NCBI GenBank assembly: GCA_040235505.1
Contig: JBECKW010000017.1
Coordinates: 74,139 to 137,836, forward strand
Origin: Desulfobacterales bacterium
GTDB lineage: Bacteria > Desulfobacterota > Desulfobacteria > Desulfobacterales > JAFDDL01
Direction of reading: 5' to 3'
Length of the DNA: 63,698 nt
The notes under the pieces are model-generated. The model did no database searches. It saw only the letters and a list, made by a program, of their open reading frames with translations, and was not told where the DNA came from. Below, in pieces: positions 41,900 to 49,378 of the stretch. Position numbers and translations under genes: made by a program. The first letter of the stretch is position 1; every line of letters begins with the position of its first letter.

Positions 41900-42130
41900 T
41901 CTTTTTACCGGTCATACCGGGATTTCAATGTCAGAATCAGTGACGCATCCTGACATTCACCCCGCCATCGCTCAGGTTGGAGGGTGCCTGTAATTACTTG
42001 CTCACCCACAGCTCGTTCCGAACATGCAACCGGTCCCGGCGGGGTTTCGGACGCCTTCAACGGGGAAGGCCCGACCGGTTTTTTTATTCAGGGCACCAAG
42101 CAAAATAGATGATTGGCCCTTAGGTAATCT
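41900..42130. ncRNA. Candidate structured cis-regulatory RNA or sRNA upstream of the CocE gene
   Basis: Five complementary pairs, one of them crossing (see findings); no recognisable consensus of the known riboswitch classes I could recall. Confidence 0.4.
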
Positions 42131-42410
42131 TTATCATAAAATCACAGTCTTTTCTGTTTTTCAAGGCCCTAAATTATATTTTTTTAAGTAAAATAAGAGG
42201 TTCGCAGTTTATTTTGAAGCATCAAGCGCCTTTCGTATAATTTCTGCAATCTCCCGCCTTGTCAGAGTTTTTAAAAATAAAACCGCTGCACGCGCTGACA
42301 TGATATCCGATGATTCATGGATTTCCGGTTGATGTCTGAGAGGCTATCCAATATAAGAAAAAGGTCTTTAAAACGAGGGATCCGGGACATGAGAAGAAAG
42401 GATGACACCC

Positions 42411-43466
42411 ATGGAGCTTTTGGCCCAAACCGCCTGTAACCTTCTCAAAAAGGGAGAGCCCTTTGTCATGGCTACGATTTTCAGCCACAGCGGCTCGACA
42501 CCGAGAAGTTCGGGAAGCAAAATGATCGTCACCGCCAACGGCCGGGGAATCGGCACCATCGGCGGCGGTCTTTTAGAGGCCAGGTCCATGTCCCGGGCCG
42601 TGGAACTCATCGGTCTCGGGCAATCGGAGGTCTTTCCCTTCGACCTGAGTCATGAAGTTGTCACCACCATGGACATGATCTGCGGTGGACAGGCGGAGGT
42701 GCTGCTGGACTGCGTGATGCCCACGGATGACAACCGGGCGGTTTTCAGGCGCTGGCGAGGGCTTCTGGCGGAGAAAGGTTCGGGCGCTTTGCTCACCCTG
42801 GTCATAACGGCCGGGGAGCAGATTCAGAGGGTGACACACGGCATCCTTACGACCGAAGGAGAGATTGAAGGCGAGTTTCCTCTTTCGGACATGGATCGGG
42901 ACCGATTGACGGCGATGGTGACACCCCGGAAAGTATGCACCGTTACCGTCGGCTGCGGTTTCGTGGTGGTTGAGCCTTTGGAGCAGATGTGCACGGCGCA
43001 TCTTTTCGGCGCCGGGCATGTGGCCCAGGCCACGGCCCGGGTGGCTGCAATGGTGGGCTTCAGAATATCGGTGGCCGATGACCGGGCGGAGTATGCCAAC
43101 CGGGAGAGGTTTCCCGATGCCGAAGCGATTCGTGTGCTTCAAACTTTTAAGAACAGCTTTTCGAACATGACCATAGACCGGGATGACTACGTGGTGATCC
43201 TCACCCGGGGCCATCTTCATGACCGAACAGTTCTTGCCGAGGCATTGAAAACCCGTGCCGGATATATCGGTATGATCGGCAGCCGCAGAAAGCGGGATGC
43301 CATTTACGGTGTCCTCTTACAAGAAGGCTTCTCCCGGACGGATCTCGACCGGGTCCATTCCCCCATCGGCCTTTCCATCGGCGCCGAAACCCCCGAGGAG
43401 ATCGCCGTGAGCATTGTGGCCGAAATGATCCGCCACCGTGCCGAAAGCCTCATGCATAAGCCTTAA
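42411..43466 (+). CDS. XdhC/CoxI-family molybdenum-cofactor chaperone
   Basis: GSTPRSSGSKMIV, GTIGGGLLE, MICGG, LFGAGHVA, ILTRGHLHD, YIGMIGSRRK, PIGLSIGAETPEEIAVSIVAE. Confidence 0.93.
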   Translation: MELLAQTACNLLKKGEPFVMATIFSHSGSTPRSSGSKMIVTANGRGIGTIGGGLLEARSMSRAVELIGLGQSEVFPFDLSHEVVTTMDMICGGQAEVLLDCVMPTDDNRAVFRRWRGLLAEKGSGALLTLVITAGEQIQRVTHGILTTEGEIEGEFPLSDMDRDRLTAMVTPRKVCTVTVGCGFVVVEPLEQMCTAHLFGAGHVAQATARVAAMVGFRISVADDRAEYANRERFPDAEAIRVLQTFKNSFSNMTIDRDDYVVILTRGHLHDRTVLAEALKTRAGYIGMIGSRRKRDAIYGVLLQEGFSRTDLDRVHSPIGLSIGAETPEEIAVSIVAEMIRHRAESLMHKP

Positions 43467-44113
43467 TTTTTGGCTGAGATTCCCTCGCTGGCGGAAATAA
43501 ATAGTTTTACAAATTCATGGTTACGAATCATGGAAGGCAGATTTTCGGGGGACACAGGATCTTCGTCGATGGTTGCGGTTTTGATGTTAGGGAGCAGTTC
43601 GGGGCGTTTTATCAAGAAATCAGACAGCGAAGAAGACGCGATAACCGCTCCCAGGGAGAGCAGAACTTCTCCTTTTTCGCGTGCAATGCGATTGAAAAGT
43701 TTCAGGGTAACCGTCAGCGAACCTTGAGTTTTATAATTCGAAGCAGAGGCAGCGGTGGAGGAGCGTAGAGCTGAATGGAGGCTGTTCTTTCTGAAAATTG
43801 CTCCGGCAAGTCCAGGCATGGCGGCGGACAGGGCGACGACCGGATGCCGACCGGAGAGGGGTGTTTGCAGGTCATCAATCGCGGTTCCGTCAAGGAAAAT
43901 CGTTTGAACGCTTTCTGAGAGAAATTCTTCGGAAAAACCGGGGCAATCGCATAAAAATTTTCCAAGGGGAATATTGGCCAGAGTTTCAAACTCAATTCCG
44001 AATTGCAATATCGTTGTGAAAAACGATAAACTTTCTGCCGTTACCTTCAGCCTGAGTTCCGGATACGGGCCGCTCGAACGGGCGTTTTGGGCTATTCGTT
44101 GTCGATTTTCCAT
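43463..44113 (-). CDS. Hypothetical protein with an internal MoaD/ThiS-like segment
   Basis: 216-aa ORF filling the gap; TIFLDGTAIDDLQTPL..VVALSAAMPG resembles the beta-grasp core. Confidence 0.6.
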   Translation of the reverse strand: MENRQRIAQNARSSGPYPELRLKVTAESLSFFTTILQFGIEFETLANIPLGKFLCDCPGFSEEFLSESVQTIFLDGTAIDDLQTPLSGRHPVVALSAAMPGLAGAIFRKNSLHSALRSSTAASASNYKTQGSLTVTLKLFNRIAREKGEVLLSLGAVIASSSLSDFLIKRPELLPNIKTATIDEDPVSPENLPSMIRNHEFVKLFISASEGISAKN

Positions 44114-44171
44114 TACTGAAGTCTAAAACCAGTTTGGCCCCGGTGTAAACAAAAAACATTACCGATTCTCA

Positions 44172-44205
44172 CGACAATTGACATTGTCGCACCAACTACG
44201 ATATT
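44172..44205 (+). promoter_or_regulatory. aor promoter with a perfect 7-4-7 palindrome over the -35 box
   Basis: CGACAAT-tgac-ATTGTCG (44172-44189) contains TTGACA (44178-44183); GATATT at 44200-44205. Confidence 0.65.
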
Positions 44206-44324
44206 CTTTTAAAATCCAGTTGAACAGCTGTTCTTAAAGCTCTTTCCCCTCTCCTCTTCGCAACTTATCGATACGGGTTTCCGCTGAAACTCGGTGGCTC
44301 TATAAAACACAAAGGAGAATTAAG

Positions 44325-46055
44325 ATGACTGACAAAATCTTTCGTGTAAACATGTCCGACATGAGCACCAAGGTCGAAGCTGTACCTGAGGCATGGCTGG
44401 GTCTTGGCGGTCGCGGTCTGACTTCCACCATCGTCGCTGCAGAGGTCAAACCCACCTGCCATCCCCTGGGAAGCTACAACAAACTCGTGATAGCCCCTGG
44501 TCTGCTGTCCGGAACAGCTGCCGCCAACTCCGGGCGCCTTTCCTGCGGGGCAAAAAGCCCCCTGACCGGAACCATCAAGGAGGCCAACTCCGGAGGAACC
44601 TCTGCCATGATGCTGGCCAAGCTTGGCGTGAAAGCCCTGATTATCGAAGGGAAACCAGCTGATGACAGCAAATGGTACTCTCTGCATATCGATGAAGACG
44701 GCGCCACCATCAAGGAAGAAACCGAAGCCGTCGGCATGGGAAATTTTGCCACAGTCCAGACCGTCAATCAGCGCCATGGCGACAAGGTCGGTGTTATCAG
44801 CATCGGTCCCGGCGGTGAAATGCGGATGTGCGCTGCCAACATCTCTGTCAAGGATCCGGACAGCCACATACGTTCCGTCGGCCGCGGCGGATTGGGAGCG
44901 GTGATGGGCTCGAAGGGAGTCAAATTCATCTCCATCGCGCCCACTGACAAAAAGGTTGAGATTGCCGATCCCGACGCCTTCAAGGCCGCCAGTCGCGCCT
45001 TTGCAAAAGCACTCGTGGATAACCCCATCTCCAAAGCCCTGGCTCAGTATGGAACCAATGTTCTGACCAATATCATCAACGAGTCAGGCGGCCTGCCGAC
45101 CCGGAACTTTACCAGGGGACAATTCGAAGGGCATGAAGCCGTCTCCGGCGAAACCATGCACGACACCATTGTTGCCCGCGGCGGCAAACCGAAACACAAC
45201 TGCCATCCAGGGTGTGTTATCCAATGTTCCCAGATCTATAACGACCTCAATGGCGGGTACAAAACTTCGGGATTTGAGTATGAGACCATCTGGGCGCTGG
45301 GTGCGGACTGCTGTATTGACAACCTGGATCATCTCGCCGAAGCCGACAGTCTGATGGACGATATCGGTCTTGATTCCATAGAGACCCCGGTGGCCTTTGG
45401 GGTGGCCATGGAAGCCGGTGTGCTCCAATTCGGCGACGGCATCGAACTTTGCCGCATCCTCAGGGAAGAGGTCGCCAAAGGCACGCCGTTGGGACGGATC
45501 ATCGGAAACGGTGCCGCCTCTGTCGGCAAGGCCTACGGTATTACCCGGGTCCCGGTGGTCAAAGGCCAGGCCATCCCGGCGTACGATCCGCGTGCCATCA
45601 AGGGCATCGGCATTACCTATGCCACCTCCACCCAGGGGGCGGACCACACCATGGGATATACCATTGCCACCAACATCCTCGGGGTGGGCGGCAAGTTGGA
45701 CCCCTTGAGCAAGGAAGGCCAGGTGGAGCTATCCCGCAATCTTCAGATTGCCACTGCAGCCATTGATTCCACAGGCATGTGCCTTTTTATCGCCTTCGCG
45801 GCCCTTGACGATGCCACCTGCCTGCCGGCCCTGATAGACATGATCAACGCCCGTTTCGGCCTTGCCCTGACGGCTGATGATGTAACCAGCCTTGGCAAGA
45901 CTATTCTGAAAACCGAACATGGATTCAACGTGGCGGCCGGGTTCACCAATAAGGACGATCGGCTGCCGGAGTTCTTCGAAGAGGAACCGGTGGCGCCTCA
46001 CAACGTTGTCTGGGATATCAGCGGCGAGGCCATTGATTCATTCTGGGATTTCTAA
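44325..46055 (+). CDS. aor: Aldehyde:ferredoxin oxidoreductase (W/Mo bis-pterin)
   Basis: LGGRGLTS, KSPLTGTIKEANSGG, GRGGLGAVMGSKG, CHPGCVIQC, EYETIWA, YDPRAIKG, DSTGMCLF. Confidence 0.95.
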   Translation: MTDKIFRVNMSDMSTKVEAVPEAWLGLGGRGLTSTIVAAEVKPTCHPLGSYNKLVIAPGLLSGTAAANSGRLSCGAKSPLTGTIKEANSGGTSAMMLAKLGVKALIIEGKPADDSKWYSLHIDEDGATIKEETEAVGMGNFATVQTVNQRHGDKVGVISIGPGGEMRMCAANISVKDPDSHIRSVGRGGLGAVMGSKGVKFISIAPTDKKVEIADPDAFKAASRAFAKALVDNPISKALAQYGTNVLTNIINESGGLPTRNFTRGQFEGHEAVSGETMHDTIVARGGKPKHNCHPGCVIQCSQIYNDLNGGYKTSGFEYETIWALGADCCIDNLDHLAEADSLMDDIGLDSIETPVAFGVAMEAGVLQFGDGIELCRILREEVAKGTPLGRIIGNGAASVGKAYGITRVPVVKGQAIPAYDPRAIKGIGITYATSTQGADHTMGYTIATNILGVGGKLDPLSKEGQVELSRNLQIATAAIDSTGMCLFIAFAALDDATCLPALIDMINARFGLALTADDVTSLGKTILKTEHGFNVAAGFTNKDDRLPEFFEEEPVAPHNVVWDISGEAIDSFWDF

Positions 46056-46069
46056 TACAAGAAAATCCC

Positions 46070-46294
46070 ATGCAGCTCACGGTCAAACTTTTCGCTTACT
46101 TCCGGGACAACCGGTTCAAACGTCAGGTCTTGGAGTTTTCTGATGGCGCCACGGTGGAAGATATCATCCGTTCCCTTGATATCGATATTAAAGAGGTCGG
46201 CGTGATCATGATCAACTCACGTCACTGCACTCTGGGGCAGATTCCCGAAGAAGGCGATCAACTGGCTATCTTTCCGGCCATCGGCGGGGGATAA
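46070..46294 (+). CDS. MoaD/ThiS-family sulfur carrier
   Basis: VKLFAYFR, IMINSRH, C-terminal IFPAIGGG. Confidence 0.92.
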   Translation: MQLTVKLFAYFRDNRFKRQVLEFSDGATVEDIIRSLDIDIKEVGVIMINSRHCTLGQIPEEGDQLAIFPAIGGG

Positions 46295-46309
46295 TGACCC
46301 CGCCGATGG
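46278..46309. terminator. 12-bp hairpin overlapping the end of the sulfur-carrier gene
   Basis: ccatcggcgggg (46278-46289) / ccccgccgatgg (46298-46309), between convergent genes. Confidence 0.55.
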
Positions 46310-46439
46310 GTCCCGGATTTATCCAACCGATTTAAATATCCTATGTGCGCCCGGGACATCTTTGGTCGTTTTGGGTCGGAATCGGCCATACTGCATATCG
46401 TTTTTTCTTTGCTTCTGTGTGCCCTCCGGTACAGACGGC

Positions 46440-47123
46440 TTAGGAATTGATGGTAAATTCAGAATGTTTCAGGTCGATATGCAGCCAGGAATTGTCAAGA
46501 TCCGAGGAAATCCCGAGGAGCCGCTTCAGGGCTTCCCCGACCTGCAGACTGGCCACCAGGGCCACCGTACAGGCAAGTACGGGAGGGGCGGCTTTCGGCT
46601 CGGGTGCAGTATGTTGTGGATAGAGACGGCTAATGAGATCCCCTTCCGGGGGCTGCACCCCGACCTGGCCGCACCAGCCGCTTACGGCACCATGCACAAG
46701 GGGAAGGCCGTCCTGCTTGCAGCGTCTGGAAAGATCTCGACGGGCCTGGATATTGTCCAGACAATCGAGCACCACATCGACGGCAAAAGCGTCCCCTTGC
46801 AGGGGGGATCGGAAATCAACGGGAAGTGGAACCACCCGGGTATAGGGATGGATGACGGCAGACCGCCGGGCCGCCACCTCGGCCTTGTTGCGGCCCAGGG
46901 TTTTGCTGCTGGCATTGAGCTGGCGGTTACAGTTGCTTAATGAGAAAACATCCGGGTCAAAACAATGGATACATCCGACACCCAGACGGACCAGCTGTTC
47001 AATGACATGGCCGCCCAGGCCGCCACAACCGATCACGGCCACTTTTTTTTCCTGCAGCGACCGCTGCTGTTCAAGGGAGATGGCCCCGAGATTGCGGGAG
47101 AAGAGTTCTTTAAATTCCGGCAT
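46440..47123 (-). CDS. ThiF/MoeB/HesA-family adenylyltransferase
   Basis: FSRNLGAI, VIGCGGLGG, DPDVFSLSNCNRQ, DCLDN, LVHGAVSG; no C-terminal Zn motif. Confidence 0.92.
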   Translation of the reverse strand: MPEFKELFSRNLGAISLEQQRSLQEKKVAVIGCGGLGGHVIEQLVRLGVGCIHCFDPDVFSLSNCNRQLNASSKTLGRNKAEVAARRSAVIHPYTRVVPLPVDFRSPLQGDAFAVDVVLDCLDNIQARRDLSRRCKQDGLPLVHGAVSGWCGQVGVQPPEGDLISRLYPQHTAPEPKAAPPVLACTVALVASLQVGEALKRLLGISSDLDNSWLHIDLKHSEFTINS

Positions 47124-47154
47124 CGGCGATCTCCGGCTTTGATGCGAGGTTACA

Positions 47155-47676
47155 ATGGATTCTTTTAAGCAGGATACCGTCGGCCATAGCCGCTGTCAAT
47201 CCGAAAGCACGGAGAAAACAGGAGGCCGGGGGGGTCGAACCGGCAGCTCTGCCAGTGACGCAGGCGTTATAAAAAAGCAGAAAATAAACCGACAGCTTCG
47301 TCCCATATCAAACGGCATGCAATGGCTGAACATCTGTACCCGAACACTCCACATTGCCGTGGCCGGCACCGTGTTTGGCGGCGTCATGTTGCAGGCCCAT
47401 CATGATCGCCTGGCTGCATGGCACTACCTGACCATTGCCAGCGGCGGGATCCTGTTGTTTCTTGAATGGTGGCATGATCCCAACTGGCCTCACCGTGGTA
47501 AGGGCCTTCTGGTTCATCTGCATATCCTGATGGGTCTACTCGTCCATATTGCCCCGGGCCTGGCGATTTTCTTGCTTTGGGGGGTTGTGATCAGCGGCGG
47601 CATCGGCAGCCACATGCCCCGCCGATACCGGCACTGGTCCATCCTGCACGGTGCAGAACAAAGGGATAAGAATTAA
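47155..47676 (+). CDS. Small hypothetical membrane protein (true start probably downstream)
   Basis: His-rich hydrophobic C-terminal ~115 aa (WLNICTRTLHIA..SHMPRRYRHWS); the N-terminal ~45 aa look low-complexity. Confidence 0.6.
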   Translation: MDSFKQDTVGHSRCQSESTEKTGGRGGRTGSSASDAGVIKKQKINRQLRPISNGMQWLNICTRTLHIAVAGTVFGGVMLQAHHDRLAAWHYLTIASGGILLFLEWWHDPNWPHRGKGLLVHLHILMGLLVHIAPGLAIFLLWGVVISGGIGSHMPRRYRHWSILHGAEQRDKN

Positions 47677-47722
47677 TGTTTCAGGAGAGCCCGTATTAAA
47701 ACCATATTCAATACGAATAGGC

Positions 47723-48139
47723 CTATTCGTAAACGATTTTCCCCCTGGAGGCTTTCAACCGTCCCCGTCTTACCTTGCTTTCAATCCGTTTTTTCTGGGA
47801 CGCTTGGGTGGGTCTCGTAGCCTTTCGTTTTCTGGGAACGCGGCAGGTTTTTGCAATAAGCGCCTGCAATCGATCGAGGGCATCTTCCCGGTTTTTTTCC
47901 TGGCTGCGGTACCTTTGGGCCTTGATAACGATGAGGCCGTCCTTTGAGATCCGGTAATCGCTAAGCGCCAGAAGCCGCTGCTTGGTGGTGTCCGGAAGGG
48001 ACGATGCCTTGATGTCGAAGCGCAGGTGGACGGCGGTGGCAACCTTGTTGACATTCTGACCCCCCGCTCCCTGGGCACGAATGGCGTGGATCTCAATCTC
48101 AGAAAGGGGGATGGAGATGTTTTTGGATATTGAAAGCAT
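47723..48139 (-). CDS. arfB: Alternative ribosome-rescue peptidyl-tRNA hydrolase ArfB
   Basis: RAQGAGGQNVNKVATAVHLRFDI, RSQEKNREDA, basic tail RKRKATRPT..KSRGK-like. Confidence 0.95.
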   Translation of the reverse strand: MLSISKNISIPLSEIEIHAIRAQGAGGQNVNKVATAVHLRFDIKASSLPDTTKQRLLALSDYRISKDGLIVIKAQRYRSQEKNREDALDRLQALIAKTCRVPRKRKATRPTQASQKKRIESKVRRGRLKASRGKIVYE

Positions 48140-48186
48140 TATTCTACCGGTCGGGGCTTTCGGTATAAATCAACGCTGAATGAGGT

Positions 48187-48585
48187 CTATTTCGAGCCGG
48201 GGTCGAGGGGTTTCCAGTTTACTTCCACAACAAAGGACTGAACAACGTCGAACAAGTCGTTAATATCAAACGGCTTTGCAATGAATGCATCCGCTCCGCA
48301 CTCCCGAGCGGCGTTTTCATGGGCAGGCTTGCTGCCCATGAGGATGCATATTTTTTTCGGATATTCACTTTTAACCCGCTTTAAAAGCTCCAACCCGTCC
48401 ATTTGCGGCATGTCCACATCGGAAACGATGATATCCGCGCTTTCCGGATCCTTGATGTAGGACCAGGCATCGATACCGTTTCCAAACGACTTGACTTCCC
48501 TGTTGACACTATAGGCAAGAACGTCCACCGCAAAATCCCGTGTCAATTGATCGTCATCGACCACCGCAATTTTAACATGGGGTAT
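48187..48585 (-). CDS. Single-domain response regulator (receiver); start codon uncertain
   Basis: KIAVVDDD, VSDVDMPQMDG, FIAKPF. Track start GTG 48564 truncates beta-1; in-frame ATA 48585 follows SD GAGGTG. Confidence 0.85.
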   Translation of the reverse strand: MPHVKIAVVDDDQLTRDFAVDVLAYSVNREVKSFGNGIDAWSYIKDPESADIIVSDVDMPQMDGLELLKRVKSEYPKKICILMGSKPAHENAARECGADAFIAKPFDINDLFDVVQSFVVEVNWKPLDPGSK

Positions 48586-48596
48586 AATAGGTCACC

Positions 48597-49022
48597 TCAC
48601 GCGACTTTCAAAAAACTTTTTTCCCAAAGCTGCCGGTTGAACCGAATGGCATCGCAAATGCAATTCAGATTGTCTTCCATGGCCTTCAGACGATGGAACC
48701 CCATGGGGTGATCTTCCGCCACGGCTTTTGCCATCACGGCCAGAAGCTTCACCCGCTGGAAAAAAATATGATTATAGGTCGAGTCGTCCTTCATCTCGTG
48801 GTTGCTTCGGAAATTCGGGCTCCTGCCATGCCCGTCGACGATTTCCCTTGCGATCCGGTTGGTGTTTTGAACAATCGCTTTTTTTCGGACATCCCCCAGG
48901 GGGTATTGTTTTAAATAGGCCAGGGACATGATGATGAGAAGTTTCAACCGGGATATGAACACGTCTTCACTTCTCAATTCGCGCATATCCGCTGCAGGGG
49001 CACCCAGTCGAAGCATAATCAT
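48597..49022 (-). CDS. Hypothetical protein with an internal duplicated helical motif
   Basis: 141 aa; FISRLKLLIIMSLAY..YPLG is echoed by FFQRVKLLAVMAKAV..HPMG; its stop overlaps the SD of the receiver gene. Confidence 0.7.
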   Translation of the reverse strand: MIMLRLGAPAADMRELRSEDVFISRLKLLIIMSLAYLKQYPLGDVRKKAIVQNTNRIAREIVDGHGRSPNFRSNHEMKDDSTYNHIFFQRVKLLAVMAKAVAEDHPMGFHRLKAMEDNLNCICDAIRFNRQLWEKSFLKVA

Positions 49023-49156
49023 CCCGGTTTGTGAATAAAATGGGTTTTCAGGAACAGGAACGCATGATGATGCTATTTTTAGACCATATTGCCGGTGAGG
49101 TCAAGGCATTCCTTCGATCTAACAGGGAGATCGCATGTAACCCGTCATGCTGTTTT

Positions 49157-49231
49157 TCGGGGTCGCTATCGGTATCGGTATCGCTGTCGAGCCTTTTTCG
49201 ATCCCGATCCCGATAGCGATAGCGACCCCGA
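49157..49231. repeat. Inverted tandem hexamer element
   Basis: Perfect 15-bp arms tcggggtcgctatcg (49157-49171) / cgatagcgaccccga (49217-49231), built from ATCGGT/ATCGCT-type hexamers. Confidence 0.85.
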
Positions 49232-49378
49232 TTACATCGTCGCATCATAAGTGCGATTGCCCGGGGCCATTTCGCCCAAAGGCTTGCTTGCCGGAACCCG
49301 GACGTTTATGCTATCCGTCCATAGAGGCCCATCTCAGGGCATTTATTTATCTGAAAAGGCAAAAAAGGACACCTCAAA

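Noticed and set aside
42053-42070. GGGAAGGC as a cobalamin-riboswitch B12 box
   Set aside because: The upstream GGGAA/GGTG-AA-TCC and GCCACTG elements and the AGYCAGRAGACC tail are missing.
21252-42115. Identical 13-mer aaatagatgattg at 21252-21264 and 42103-42115, near the 5' ends of two structured leaders
   Set aside because: Exact 13-mer repeats are expected by chance in 64 kb, and similarity does not extend beyond it.
49048-49248. 66-aa RYRYRDRDR ORF
   Set aside because: Low-complexity translation of the hexamer repeat element.
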